From positions 1 to 53,127 of the forward strand of contig JBGOSQ010000003.1 of assembly GCA_041476045.1 (NCBI GenBank): 53,127 nucleotides of DNA. The letters are read 5' to 3'. Positions within the stretch are counted from its first letter, which is position 1, and each line of letters begins with the position of its first letter. Of the stretch, positions 10,203-20,243 are shown one piece after another. The translations under genes and the position numbers were made by a program. Origin of the DNA: Thermoplasmata archaeon. Its GTDB lineage: Archaea > Thermoplasmatota > Thermoplasmata > Lutacidiplasmatales > UBA184. The notes beneath the pieces were generated by a model that searched no databases, had not been told where the DNA came from, and saw only the letters and a list, made by a program, of their open reading frames with translations.

Positions 10203-10329
10203 TCGTATCCCTCGCGCGCGGCGAGCCCCCCTCCGTTCATAATCCTGCGCCCCGGCGCGCCTGCGCCTGGCCCGTCCGGCCCCACCGGCGGGGCAATCGT
10301 TTTCAATTCGGCACCGCGTCGCGGTACCG

Positions 10330-11271
10330 ATGGCGCCGACGGCACCGAAACGCGATGTCCTCTCGGTCGCCGACCTTGCCCCGGACCTGATCGATCTCCT
10401 GCGCCGCGCGCACGAGATGAAGACCGCGCGTCGCTCCGGCGATCTCTCGCGCACCCTGCAGGGGACGAACGTCGCGATGATCTTCGAGAAGCCCTCGACG
10501 CGGACGCGCACGTCCTTCGAGGTCGCGATGAACGATCTCGGCGGGCACGCGCTCTACCTCTCCCCGAAGGACATGCAGCTCGGCCGGGGTGAGACGATCG
10601 CCGATACCGCGCGGGTCCTCTCCCGATACGTCGACGCGATCGTCTACCGCGCGTTCCGCCACGCGGACATGGCGGAGCTCGCCCGGTCCGCGACCGTCCC
10701 TGTGATCAATGCGCTCGACGATCGGGAGCATCCCTGCCAGATCGCCGCCGACCTGCTCACGCTCTACGAGCGATGGGCCACGGAGTTCCACGGGAAGAAG
10801 CTCGCCTACATCGGCGACGGGAACAACGTCCTCCACTCGCTGATGCTCGGTGCGGCGCTCGTGGGGCTCGATCTCGCGTGCGCGGTCCCCACGGGCTATC
10901 GACCGGCGGCGGACCTCGTCGCGCAGGCCCAGGGGTTCGCCCAACGCTCCGGGGCGAAGCTCTCGTTCACCGAGTCGCCCGCGGAGGCCGCCACGGGGGC
11001 CGATGCGCTCTACACGGACGTGTGGGTCTCGATGGGCGAGGAGGCCGAGAAAGAGGCGCGTGAGAAGGCCTTCCACGGCTACCAGATCAACGCCGATCTC
11101 GTGAAACGCGCCCATCCCGACGTGTGGGTATTGCACGACCTACCGGCGCACCGCGGGCAGGAGATCACCGATGAGGTGATGGACGGCCCGAGGGCCGCGA
11201 TCTGGGACCAGGCGGAGAACCGCCTCCACGCCCAGAAGGCGATTCTCGAAGCGCTCCTGCGCCATCGATAA
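10330..11271 (+). CDS. argF: Ornithine carbamoyltransferase
   Basis: FEKPSTRTR, HPCQ, YTDVWVSMG, HDLPAHRG, QAENRLH. Confidence 0.96.
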   Translation: MAPTAPKRDVLSVADLAPDLIDLLRRAHEMKTARRSGDLSRTLQGTNVAMIFEKPSTRTRTSFEVAMNDLGGHALYLSPKDMQLGRGETIADTARVLSRYVDAIVYRAFRHADMAELARSATVPVINALDDREHPCQIAADLLTLYERWATEFHGKKLAYIGDGNNVLHSLMLGAALVGLDLACAVPTGYRPAADLVAQAQGFAQRSGAKLSFTESPAEAATGADALYTDVWVSMGEEAEKEAREKAFHGYQINADLVKRAHPDVWVLHDLPAHRGQEITDEVMDGPRAAIWDQAENRLHAQKAILEALLRHR

Positions 11272-11316
11272 ACGCCCGCGCCGAATGCTCCGACGCGAAG
11301 GCGCAGGAGGATTTCG

Positions 11317-11706
11317 ATGCCCGCCTATTCGCACCGCGACCACCGGGTCTTCCGCGCGGCGTATCGGCTCCTGGCTGCCGTAGCGGTCCTCGCGTTCCTC
11401 CTGATCGCGATCGGCCTCGTCGCGCCCTGGCCCCTCGTCGGCGCGCTCTCGGTCCTCGCCCTGGCGGCGCTGGGCGGCGTCGCGCTCCTCGGTTCGGACT
11501 CCATCGTGGCGGGATACGTCGACGACGTTCGGGCAGTCGCGCGGGGCGACCCGGTCTCTCCCCTCGTTCGCGTCGAGGTGCTGAGCCGGATCGAGCTCGA
11601 GCGGCCGGTGTTCGTCGGCGGCCGCCCGTCGCCCAACCACCGTCGCGTCCGCCCCGACGCGCCACAGGCCGGCCTCGGTGTCCCGGGGACCGGTGGATCG
11701 GGCTAG
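11317..11706 (+). CDS. Hypothetical protein with two TM helices
   Basis: AGGAGG RBS before the ATG; two hydrophobic segments. Confidence 0.65.
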   Translation: MPAYSHRDHRVFRAAYRLLAAVAVLAFLLIAIGLVAPWPLVGALSVLALAALGGVALLGSDSIVAGYVDDVRAVARGDPVSPLVRVEVLSRIELERPVFVGGRPSPNHRRVRPDAPQAGLGVPGTGGSG

Positions 11707-12149
11707 GTCGTGGGTTCGGGGTCCGCACGCAGGCGGATCTTCAGCAGCCGCTCGATCTTCCGGACCATCACGTCCGAGGGCCGGAACCCGCCGGACTCGA
11801 TCTTGAGGACGACGGATTTCTTCTCGTTGAGCTTCTTTCCCAGGTCTTCGGGCGTCCACGCGAGCTTCTCGCGCGCGACCCGGATCCGCTTGGACCAGTC
11901 GGGAGCGAGCTCCATGTCGGGGAGCTCCTTGTAGAGATCCCGCTCCTCCATCCGTCGCCCGGGGGTAGCGAACCGGGCGGACGAGGGCCCGACGCCGCTC
12001 GGTGCCGAGCGCACGGTGGAGACCGGCGCCGGAGGCGGCGACAGCACGACCCCGAACCGGGCGCAATCCGTGCATAGGGAGAGGACCGAGCCCTCGACCC
12101 GGACCTGGCTCAGGCTGTCGACGTCTTTCCCGCACATCTCGCAGATCAT
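11703..12149 (-). CDS. Archaeal multiprotein bridging factor aMBF1 (Zn ribbon + HTH)
   Basis: MICEMCG...LCTDCARFG ribbon; IRVAREKLAWTPEDLGKKLNEKKSVVLKIESG HTH; start ATG 12149. Confidence 0.92.
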   Translation of the reverse strand: MICEMCGKDVDSLSQVRVEGSVLSLCTDCARFGVVLSPPPAPVSTVRSAPSGVGPSSARFATPGRRMEERDLYKELPDMELAPDWSKRIRVAREKLAWTPEDLGKKLNEKKSVVLKIESGGFRPSDVMVRKIERLLKIRLRADPEPTT

Positions 12150-12667
12150 GGAGTTGCGTCCTCCAGGTGAGCTTGGGCGGACGACTCGCGCGCGCGTCGG
12201 CGGGCGGCCGAGCGCACCTCGCCCGCGGCGTAGAGCCGGCGCTCCTCCTCGGATGCGAGGGCGAGCGGGCGCACGGGGGTCGGTCTCCCGTCCGGTCCGA
12301 CCGCGACCATCGTCACGAACGCGTTGCCGACGAGCCGCCTGGGGGGCCCGCTCAGATCCTCCGCGTGGACCTGGACCCAGACCTCCATCGACGAGTGACC
12401 GACGAACGTGAGCCGACTGTCGAACGTCACCACCTGGCCTAATCGGACGGGGGCGAAGAAGTCGACCCCGTCGAACGATGCCGTGACGCAGTTCAGCCCG
12501 GAGTGCCGGGTCGCGGTGACGTAGGCCACGCGGTCGATCTCGGCGAGGATGACGCCGCCGAAGACGTTCCCCATGAAGTTCGCGTCGTTCGGGACCGTGA
12601 GGCGCACCACGCTCGCCCGCGAATCGGCGACGCTGCGACCTTCCCGCTGCGACACGCACGACCCCAA
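12146..12667 (-). CDS. Acyl-CoA thioesterase (hotdog fold)
   Basis: PNDANFMGNVFGGVILAEID, VTASFDGVDF, VGHSSMEV. Confidence 0.92.
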   Translation of the reverse strand: MGSCVSQREGRSVADSRASVVRLTVPNDANFMGNVFGGVILAEIDRVAYVTATRHSGLNCVTASFDGVDFFAPVRLGQVVTFDSRLTFVGHSSMEVWVQVHAEDLSGPPRRLVGNAFVTMVAVGPDGRPTPVRPLALASEEERRLYAAGEVRSAARRRARESSAQAHLEDATP

Positions 12668-12719
12668 AGACCGGCCCGCACGCCGCGGGGCGCCGGTTGG
12701 GGGCCGACAGCGGCCGGGG

Positions 12720-13307
12720 CTAAAGCGTCTTTTGGAAGAGTCCGCGACCGGGGCGGAGCGAGACCACGGTCCCGAGGCCGGCGCTCCGCCACCGGGCGTC
12801 GTCGACGGTTCCGCGCCACAATGGCACGCCGAAGAGGAGGTAGCCGCCCGGCTTCAGCACCCGGACCGTCTCGGCCACGGCCGCCGGCACCGCGACATCG
12901 GCCATGCAGCAGAGGACGCCGAGCGAGAGGACCACGTCCACGCTGGCGGAGCGAACCGGGAGATCCGTCGCGTCGGCCACCGCGAGACCGGCTCCGGGAA
13001 GATCGCGGAGGCGTACACGGGCGCCGCGGTTCCCCGTGAACATGTTCCGCTGGGGATCAAGGAGCAGCCAACGGCTCGTTGGGGTCCGGAGAAGTCGGGC
13101 GAGAGCGGCCGACGCGAACCCCGGCCCCGCCCCGACGTCGACGAACGTTGCCCCCGCCGTCACCCGACCGACGAGGAGGCGAAGGAGCCCGCGGGTCCGC
13201 CAGAGGCGGAGTCGCGTGCCGAGGAGCCACGCCCAACCCGGGCGACCCGGGAGGGGAGGGGGCCATCGGATCGTTCTCCGGACCGGTTCGGTCCCGCTCG
13301 GCGTCAG
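12720..13307 (-). CDS. Class I SAM-dependent methyltransferase (start uncertain: GTG 13163 or CTG 13307)
   Basis: VDVGAGPG, ADATDLP, RVLKPGG. The frame is open upstream to a CTG preceded by GGAGG. Confidence 0.8.
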   Translation of the reverse strand: MTPSGTEPVRRTIRWPPPLPGRPGWAWLLGTRLRLWRTRGLLRLLVGRVTAGATFVDVGAGPGFASAALARLLRTPTSRWLLLDPQRNMFTGNRGARVRLRDLPGAGLAVADATDLPVRSASVDVVLSLGVLCCMADVAVPAAVAETVRVLKPGGYLLFGVPLWRGTVDDARWRSAGLGTVVSLRPGRGLFQKTL

Positions 13308-13440
13308 AACTCATCCTCCGGTCAAGTCCGAAGGGGCGGGCCATCGCGCCTCGTCCGCTTCCGCTCGCCGACAGGACGAACTGCGCGACGCGCGCCGCAC
13401 GACCCGTTCCTCCTCGGCCGGCCGATGAACGTGCCAACGC

Positions 13441-13448
13441 CTATATAG
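13441..13448 (+). promoter_or_regulatory. TATA box of tuf
   Basis: CTATATAG about 35 nt upstream of ATG 13482. Confidence 0.6.
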
Positions 13449-13481
13449 GGGCACCTTTTGGGCGCGCCCGGAGCGCATCGA

Positions 13482-14762
13482 ATGGCCCAGAAGCCCCACC
13501 TCAACATCGTGTTCATCGGACACGTCGACCACGGCAAGTCGACCACCGTCGGCCGAATTCTTCTCGATACCGGCTACATCCGCCAGGAAGAGATCGACAA
13601 GTACCGGGCGGAGGCCGAAGCGAAGGGCAAGGCCACGTTCGAGTTCGCCTGGGTCATGGACGACCTCAAGGAGGAGCGCGAGCGCGGCGTCACGATCGAC
13701 ATCGCGCACCGGCGGTTTGACACCCAGAAGTACTACTTCACCATCATCGACGCCCCCGGCCACCGTGACTTCGTCAAGAACATGATCACGGGGACGAGCC
13801 AGGCCGACGGCGCGGTCCTTGTCTGCTCGGCGGCGGAAGGGGTCCAGGACCAGACTCGCGAGCACGTCTACCTCGCGAAGACCCTCGGGGTCGCCCAGAT
13901 GATCTGCGCGATCAACAAGATGGACCGGCAGGAGGTCGCGTACAAGGAGGCCAAGTTCAACGAGATCAAGGAGGATCTCACGAAGCTCCTCAAGAGCGTC
14001 GGCTACAAGGTCGATACGCAGGTCACCTTCGTCCCCATCTCGGCGTTCAAGGACGACAACATCAACAAGGCGTCGCCGAACATGCCGTGGTTCAAGGGGC
14101 CGACGATCCTCCAGGCCCTCGACAACCTGGTCGTTCCCGCCAAGCCCACCGACAAGCCGCTCCGGCTCCCCGTCCAGGACGTCTACACGATCACCGGCAT
14201 CGGAACCGTCCCCGTCGGACGCGTCGAGACCGGGAAGCTCAAGGTCGGCGACAAGATCATCTTCATGCCCGGCGGGAAGACCGGCGAAGTGAAGTCGATC
14301 GAGATGCACCACGAGTCCGTCACCGAGGCGCTCCCCGGCGACAACGTCGGCTTCAACGTCCGCGGGATCGACAAGAACGACATCCACCGCGGCGAGGTCG
14401 TCGGACCGGCGTCCAACCCCCCGACGGTCGTCGAGAGCTTCACCGCGAAGATCCAGGTGCTCAACCACCCGTCGGTAATCACCGCGGGCTACACGCCGGT
14501 GTTCCACATGCACACGGCGCAGGTCGCGTGCGAATTCACCGAGCTCCTGAAGCGCCTCGACCCGAGGACGGGCCAGGTCGCCGAGGAGAACCCGCAGACC
14601 CTCAAGACGGGCGACGCCGCGATCGTCAAGATCACGCCGAAGCGCCCCCTCGTCCTCGAGCGCTACAAAGACTTCCCGCAGCTCGGCCGCTTCGCGGTCC
14701 GCGACATGGGCCAGACCGTCGCCGCGGGCGTCGTCGACGAGATCAAGAAGAAGGAAGGGTAA
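13482..14762 (+). CDS. tuf: Translation elongation factor EF-1alpha
   Basis: [41 protein letters not shown]. Confidence 0.99.
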   Translation: MAQKPHLNIVFIGHVDHGKSTTVGRILLDTGYIRQEEIDKYRAEAEAKGKATFEFAWVMDDLKEERERGVTIDIAHRRFDTQKYYFTIIDAPGHRDFVKNMITGTSQADGAVLVCSAAEGVQDQTREHVYLAKTLGVAQMICAINKMDRQEVAYKEAKFNEIKEDLTKLLKSVGYKVDTQVTFVPISAFKDDNINKASPNMPWFKGPTILQALDNLVVPAKPTDKPLRLPVQDVYTITGIGTVPVGRVETGKLKVGDKIIFMPGGKTGEVKSIEMHHESVTEALPGDNVGFNVRGIDKNDIHRGEVVGPASNPPTVVESFTAKIQVLNHPSVITAGYTPVFHMHTAQVACEFTELLKRLDPRTGQVAEENPQTLKTGDAAIVKITPKRPLVLERYKDFPQLGRFAVRDMGQTVAAGVVDEIKKKEG

Positions 14763-14780
14763 GGCGGAGCCCCGCCTTTC
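14761..14780 (+). terminator. Short intercistronic hairpin after tuf
   Basis: AAGGCGG-AGCC-CCGCCTT followed by pyrimidines. Confidence 0.35.
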
Positions 14781-14801
14781 CCCCGAGAGCGAGGTCGATC
14801 G

Positions 14802-15113
14802 ATGCCCCAGAAGGCCCGCATCTCGTTGAGCGGCGTCGACGCGAAGAAGGTCGACACCGTCTGCCGGCAGATCCGCGACATCTCGCAAAAGACCGGCGTC
14901 GCGATCGCCGGACCTATCCCGCTCCCGACCAAGCGCCTCAAGGTGCCCGTACGAAAGGGCCCCGACGGGGGCGGCTCGAGCACGATCGACCACTGGGAGA
15001 TGCGCATCCACAAGCGCCTCATCGACATCGATGCCGACGAGCGCGCGTTGCGCCAAGTGATGCGGATCCAGGTCCCGGACGGCGTCAATATCGAGATCGT
15101 CCTCAAGGGCTAA
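14802..15113 (+). CDS. rpsJ: 30S ribosomal protein uS10
   Basis: [22 protein letters not shown]. Confidence 0.98.
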   Translation: MPQKARISLSGVDAKKVDTVCRQIRDISQKTGVAIAGPIPLPTKRLKVPVRKGPDGGGSSTIDHWEMRIHKRLIDIDADERALRQVMRIQVPDGVNIEIVLKG

Positions 15114-15120
15114 GGGCGCC

Positions 15121-15744
15121 GTGTTCGCGCCCCGCTCGGGCCGCTATCTTTTCCTCGGCGCCGCGATCCTTCTCCTCTGGGGCGGGGCTGTCGCGATCGG
15201 CCTGATTCACAGCCTGCTCTCCGTCGCGGGATTGGTGGGGGCGGCGGCCCTCTGGGCGTTCCTCGCGGTCTTCTTCCGCGACCCCGACCGGCCCGTCGGG
15301 GACGGGATCGTCTCGGCCGCCGACGGTCGTGTCCTCATGGTCGGAGCGGAGGGCGACCGCTGGCAGATCGCGGTGTTCATGAACGTCACCGACGTTCACG
15401 TGAACCGGTTCCCGATGGCAGGGACCGTGACGTCGATCACGCGGGCGGGGCAAGGGTTCCGGCCCGCGTACGATCGCGACGCGGAGCACAACGTCCGGCT
15501 CCACTACGGGCTCTCGACGGCGATCGGCCCTGTCGAGGTCGTGGCGATGACGGGCATCGTCGCACGACGGCTCGTGCCGTTCGTCTCGGTCGGTGATACC
15601 CGCGCGAAGGGGGAGCGATTGGGGATGATCGTCCTCGGCTCGCGCGTGGATGTCTTCCTCCCGAAGGACCGGATCGTTCCTCTGGTCGTGCCAGGACAGC
15701 GCGTCCACGCCGGCGCGACCCCGATCGCCCGGGAGAACCCGTGA
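15121..15744 (+). CDS. psd: Phosphatidylserine/archaetidylserine decarboxylase proenzyme
   Basis: FFRDPDR, SAADG, FMNVTDVHVNR, LGSRVD self-cleavage motif. Confidence 0.93.
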   Translation: MFAPRSGRYLFLGAAILLLWGGAVAIGLIHSLLSVAGLVGAAALWAFLAVFFRDPDRPVGDGIVSAADGRVLMVGAEGDRWQIAVFMNVTDVHVNRFPMAGTVTSITRAGQGFRPAYDRDAEHNVRLHYGLSTAIGPVEVVAMTGIVARRLVPFVSVGDTRAKGERLGMIVLGSRVDVFLPKDRIVPLVVPGQRVHAGATPIARENP

Positions 15745-16499
15745 CGCGCGGGGGCCGCTGGCCGGCGAACCTCGCCACGCTCGCCAACGGCCTCGTCGGG
15801 GTCGGAGCGGTCGTCTACGTTCTCGCCGGCAACCCGCTCTGGGCGATGCTGCTCATCGTCGCCGGGGTCGGGTTCGACGGTCTGGACGGCGTTCTCGCGC
15901 GGCGGTCCGGGATCGGCGCATCGGCGTTCGGCCGCGTCGCCGATTCGATCGCCGACGCGGTCACCTTCGCGATCGCCCCCGCGGCGCTGCTCCTCGTCCA
16001 CACCGATCACGCGTCGACCTGGGAGCCGTGGACGTGGGCGGCGATCGCGGCGGCCCTGACGGTTGCGGGGCTTGCGATCGCCCGCCTCGTCTACTTTACG
16101 TGGCGCGGATACCAGCGCAACGACTTCCTCGGCGTCCCCACTCCGCAGAACGCGCTGGCGATCGTGGTCCTCCTCCTCTTCCTCGACGTCCCCGCGTTCG
16201 CGTCGGTGGACCCGCCGGTCGTCTTCGCCCTTGCCGCCGTCCTCGCGGTCCTGATGTTGGTCCCGATCGGATTCCCCAAGATCCGCCGGGGAAGCGCGCT
16301 CCGCGGCCCGATGGCGCTCACGGCGGTCGCGCTCGTGGTGGCGATCCTTCCCATTCAGTTCCGGCCGGACCGGGAGAGCCTTCCGTATGGCATCTCCGAG
16401 GTCGCGGCCGTCGTCGCCGCGGTGGGCCTCGCACTCTATTACCTGGTGGGACCGTTCACCATCGCGAGGGCCCGCGAGGAGCCCCCGAGGGATCGATGA
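15741..16499 (+). CDS. CDP-alcohol phosphatidyltransferase (PssA/archaetidylserine synthase-like)
   Basis: DGLDGVLAR...FGRVADSIADAVTFAIAPA, ARL, FLGVPTP; overlaps psd. Confidence 0.9.
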   Translation: MTRGGRWPANLATLANGLVGVGAVVYVLAGNPLWAMLLIVAGVGFDGLDGVLARRSGIGASAFGRVADSIADAVTFAIAPAALLLVHTDHASTWEPWTWAAIAAALTVAGLAIARLVYFTWRGYQRNDFLGVPTPQNALAIVVLLLFLDVPAFASVDPPVVFALAAVLAVLMLVPIGFPKIRRGSALRGPMALTAVALVVAILPIQFRPDRESLPYGISEVAAVVAAVGLALYYLVGPFTIARAREEPPRDR

Positions 16500-16927
16500 G
16501 CCCGAACGATGCTGCCGGCTTCCACCGCGCCGCCCTGAGCGCACGCGAGGCCCTCCTCTTCGAGGCCGGGGTCAAGCTCGGGGGCGTCTTCCACCAGTAC
16601 ATCGGGATGCCCGTCTCGACCGCGACGGCGGAGGGGCTCGCGCGGACGATCGAGGATGCGGTGCGCCTGCAGCCGTTCGTGACCGACGTCACGGTCTCGA
16701 TCGATCCGGAGCGAGGCCCGACCCCCGGCGAGGGGAAGTTCGCATACCGGTACCTGACGCCCGAGATGCTGCGGGTCGAGGTCACTCTCGAGGACGAGGG
16801 CACGACGGTCGTCGCCGCGCTGGACCATCGCGCCGACCTCCGCTACCCGTTGATGAGCGTCCTCACCGTCGACGACGCGCTGCCGCCGTCGGGACGCGCG
16901 CCCGAGCCCTCTCCGCCCTCGGATTGA
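16496..16927 (+). CDS. mptD: Archaeal dihydroneopterin aldolase (MptD family)
   Basis: LFEAGVKLGGVFHQYIGMPVS...LQPFV...YPLM; ATG 16496. Confidence 0.85.
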   Translation: MSPNDAAGFHRAALSAREALLFEAGVKLGGVFHQYIGMPVSTATAEGLARTIEDAVRLQPFVTDVTVSIDPERGPTPGEGKFAYRYLTPEMLRVEVTLEDEGTTVVAALDHRADLRYPLMSVLTVDDALPPSGRAPEPSPPSD

Positions 16928-16939
16928 TCGCGCCGCGCT

Positions 16940-18067
16940 TCAGGTCCGCTGCCCGATCGGAGTGTAGGTCAGGTCCGTCGGGCCGATGTACCGGGCCATC
17001 GGCCGGATCAGCCGGAGGTCCTGGTACTCCTCGAGAACGTGGGCCGTCCAACCGACGACGCGGCTCGCGGCGAACAAAGGGGTGAACAGGTCCTTCGGGA
17101 TGCCGAGGAGCGTGTAGATCGATCCCGAGTAGAGATCGACGTTCGGATAGAGTCCCTTCTCCCGATGGACCACGGACTCGACCTCGCGCAGGATCTGATA
17201 GTAGTGGAGATCGTTGTGGGCCTCGCCGACGCGCCGGGACCAGTCGCGGAGGATCGTTGCGCGCGGGTCCTCGACCTTGTACACTCGGTGTCCGAAGCCC
17301 ATGATCCGCTCGTGGCGCGCGAGGCGCGCGCGGATGACCTCGTCGGAGCGCTCGGGCTTGCCGATCTCATCGAGGAGTTCCATGACGCGCTCGTTCGCGC
17401 CGCCGTGGAGCGGGCCCTTGAGCGTGCCGATCGCGCTCGTGACGGCGGAGTAGAGATCGGAGAGCGTCGACGCTGTGACGCGCGCCGCGAACGTGGAGGC
17501 GTTGAGCTCGTGGTCGGCGTGCAGGATGAGCGCGACGTCGAGGGCCCGGACCTCGAGCTCCGTCGCCGGGCGGTCCGAGAGCGCCGCGAGGATGTACGCG
17601 GCGTGGCCGAGCTCGGGTCGCGGAGCGAGGGCGACCAGACCGTTGCGCCGCCGGTGGTAGTAGCCGAGGATCGTCGGGAGCACCGCGGTCAACCGCTGGG
17701 CGCCGCCGATCGAGCTCGCCCCAGGCTGCGTCTCGGCCGGCTCGAACACTGCGAGCGCGGAGACGGCGGTCCGAAGGACGTCCATCGGGGAGCTGTCCTT
17801 CGGGATCCGATCGATGATCTCGGTCACGCCCTCCGGAATGGCCCGCAATTGAACGAGGCGGTCCTTGAGATCCCGCAGCTGGGTCGCCGTCGGAAGACGA
17901 CCGTACCAGAGGAGGTACGCGACCTCCTCGAACGTGGATTGCGCGGCGAGATCGCGGATGTCGTAGCCCTGGTAGATCAGTCGTCCGCCCTTCCCGTCGA
18001 TGAAGCAGATCCGCGACTCCAGCGCGACGACGTCCTCGAGTCCGTGCTGGACCTCCCCCTCGACCAT
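16940..18067 (-). CDS. Citrate synthase (or 2-methylcitrate synthase)
   Basis: HADHELNASTF, GPLHGGANE, MGFGHRVYK..DPRA, PNVD; start ATG 18067. Confidence 0.95.
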   Translation of the reverse strand: MVEGEVQHGLEDVVALESRICFIDGKGGRLIYQGYDIRDLAAQSTFEEVAYLLWYGRLPTATQLRDLKDRLVQLRAIPEGVTEIIDRIPKDSSPMDVLRTAVSALAVFEPAETQPGASSIGGAQRLTAVLPTILGYYHRRRNGLVALAPRPELGHAAYILAALSDRPATELEVRALDVALILHADHELNASTFAARVTASTLSDLYSAVTSAIGTLKGPLHGGANERVMELLDEIGKPERSDEVIRARLARHERIMGFGHRVYKVEDPRATILRDWSRRVGEAHNDLHYYQILREVESVVHREKGLYPNVDLYSGSIYTLLGIPKDLFTPLFAASRVVGWTAHVLEEYQDLRLIRPMARYIGPTDLTYTPIGQRT

Positions 18068-18102
18068 GCTCTTCCCGCGAGTCGCGCCGAGCCGGCGGTC
18101 GG

Positions 18103-19494
18103 TTAATCCGTTTCCGCCCCGACCGACGGGCCGGCGGCGGGTCGGGAGGCGGGCGGCGGCGTCGGGGTCTCCCGATGGCGGCGCTGGTAGGCGAGCTGCG
18201 CCGCGGTCCAGAGCGGGATCGAAACGAGCAGGGCCCCCGCGGAGACCAGGAAGGTGAGGCGGTACGAGCCGATCACCGAGAGCACGCCGGAGAGGACCGC
18301 GCCCGCGACCGCGGCGAACCCGCCGAGCGCGCTGTTCACCCCGAGAAGACTTCCTGCGTCGCGCCCTCGAAGGGCTCGGAACAGGATGATCGATGACGAG
18401 GTCGAGTAGAACGCGATGGCGGCCCCGAGGATGCCGAAGGCGATCGCGTTCGCCCCGTACGCCGCGCCCGCCGCCATCGGGGCGAACGTGAACCCGGCCA
18501 CCGCGAGATAGCCGAGGCTCCGGACGTACGTCGCGCGCTGGACGAGGCGATCGGCCCCGATCCGCGACGTGAGGTTGCCGCTCGCGGGGAAGGAGAATCC
18601 CTGCGCGAGGTTGTTCGCGAAGTTGACGAGGAAGATCGACGACGCGGTGATCCCGAGCGAGTAGAGGTACGGCGTGTAGGAGATGTTGAAGAGGTTCGCC
18701 GAGAGATTGAACAGGAGGCTCGCGACGAAGATGAGCGGCAGCTCGTGGTGGAACTCCTCGCGGACCCACGTGCGGAAGTGGCGAACGCCCCGGCGCGAGA
18801 GCGAGGGCGGGAGCGGGAAGAACGGGAAGGAGATCTTCCACGCCGCGCTGTGGTGGAGGCGCGCGATCAGGCTCTCCGCGTGGCGGGCGACGTGCTCCGT
18901 CGCGAGTGGGACGGTCGACGGCCGGATGCCGACCCAGACCGCGACGACCGACACGCCGGCGAGTCCGGCCATGACGAACAGGAGCGGACCGAGCGGCTGG
19001 GCATCGAGCAACCACACGAACCCGACGAGGAGCCCTACCATCGAGCCGACGATGCTCATCTCCTGGAAGGAGGCGAACGCGTTGGGCCGCTCCTCCTCGT
19101 TGAACTGTTCCAGAATGAGGAGGCTCGAGGCGCTCGCTCCGGCGGGCGCGAGCAGGCCGACCGCTGTGTAGAGGATGAACAGGAGCGGGAGCGAGGGCGC
19201 GACGGCGATGACGACGTAGAGGAGCGCGAAGCCGACGAAGTTGAGGAGCAGCAGCACGCGACGGTTCGGGTACCGGTCCGAAAGGTAGCCCCAGAACATC
19301 GACGCAAGGATCACGGCGCCGTTGAACAGCGACGCCGCGATCGCGACGTCGACCCACGCGCCGTGCAGCGTGATCAGGATCAGGAGCGGGAGGGCGACGC
19401 CGAATCCCGAGGTGGCGGCGTTGATGGGAACGAACGCGAGGAGCCACGGGCGGGCAAGGAGTCGGCCGGGCCAGGTCTTGAGCGGCTTCTCCAT
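18103..19494 (-). CDS. MFS transporter
   Basis: About 12 TM segments; WGYLSDRYPNRR motif A. Confidence 0.88.
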   Translation of the reverse strand: MEKPLKTWPGRLLARPWLLAFVPINAATSGFGVALPLLILITLHGAWVDVAIAASLFNGAVILASMFWGYLSDRYPNRRVLLLLNFVGFALLYVVIAVAPSLPLLFILYTAVGLLAPAGASASSLLILEQFNEEERPNAFASFQEMSIVGSMVGLLVGFVWLLDAQPLGPLLFVMAGLAGVSVVAVWVGIRPSTVPLATEHVARHAESLIARLHHSAAWKISFPFFPLPPSLSRRGVRHFRTWVREEFHHELPLIFVASLLFNLSANLFNISYTPYLYSLGITASSIFLVNFANNLAQGFSFPASGNLTSRIGADRLVQRATYVRSLGYLAVAGFTFAPMAAGAAYGANAIAFGILGAAIAFYSTSSSIILFRALRGRDAGSLLGVNSALGGFAAVAGAVLSGVLSVIGSYRLTFLVSAGALLVSIPLWTAAQLAYQRRHRETPTPPPASRPAAGPSVGAETD

Positions 19495-19627
19495 CGACCC
19501 CGGATGCGCGCGCGCCGGAGCGGAGTCGGGCTAAAGTCGATTCGGCCCGAGAGGAACCCGCGCGCGCCTCGGACAACCCTTATTAAGTGGGGGACGTGTC
19601 GAGGGCCCGTCCGAGAGGGAAACGCCC

Positions 19628-19861
19628 TTGGCGATCGGTTTCGTTCTGATCAGTACGGCTCCGGCTAAGGAGCACGAGGTCTACACGGAGCTCCTCCGCG
19701 TCAAGGGGATCGTCGAGCTTCATCCGCTCTTCGGCGAGTACGACCTCATCGCGAAGGTCGAGGCCGAGGACTTCAACGCCTTGGGCCAGCTCGTCGTCGA
19801 CAAGATCCGGTCCGTCGCCGGCGTCATCGACACGAAGACCCTTACGGGCATCAAGTTCTAG
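19628..19861 (+). CDS. Stand-alone Lrp/AsnC ligand-binding domain protein
   Basis: GFVLI...LFGEYDLIAKVE...KIRSVAGVIDTKTL; TATTAAG at 19581. Confidence 0.9.
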   Translation: MAIGFVLISTAPAKEHEVYTELLRVKGIVELHPLFGEYDLIAKVEAEDFNALGQLVVDKIRSVAGVIDTKTLTGIKF

Positions 19862-19876
19862 AGGAGCGAATCGAGG

Positions 19877-20218
19877 ATGTTTGATCTGGCGATAGTGGGC
19901 ACCGCGACGACCTCGGCGTCGAACTGGCAGAACTTCCTCACGATCCTGCTCCTGGTCTTCGGCCTGTTCCTGATCCTCGCGGGGCTGTTCACCGCCTACT
20001 TCGGCAGCGGCAAGAGCCGCATGATCGGCATCGCGCTCCTCGTCGTCGGGTTCGTGGTCGGGATCGGCATCGCCGCCGTCTACCACTACAACTTCAGCTC
20101 CGCGACGGACGTCGGGATCCTCAAGCTCGTCGAAGAGACGATCCTGGTCATCGTCGCCGCCGTCATCGGAGCCCTCGTTGCGATCGGGATCTTCCTGGTC
20201 GCGATCATGAAGTCGTAG
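19877..20218 (+). CDS. Hypothetical membrane protein (3 TM)
   Basis: Strong codon bias; LFTAYFGSGKSR loop between TM helices. Confidence 0.8.
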   Translation: MFDLAIVGTATTSASNWQNFLTILLLVFGLFLILAGLFTAYFGSGKSRMIGIALLVVGFVVGIGIAAVYHYNFSSATDVGILKLVEETILVIVAAVIGALVAIGIFLVAIMKS

Positions 20219-20243
20219 TCGCGGACGCGACCGCGGCGCCGCC

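Noticed and set aside
16940-19576. Apparent N-terminal fusions in the ORF track (878-aa citrate synthase, 550-aa DUF35, 478-aa 28347 ORF, 428-aa SWIM ORF)
   Set aside because: The extensions are off-frame reads of neighbouring genes; real starts lie downstream with RBS/TATA support
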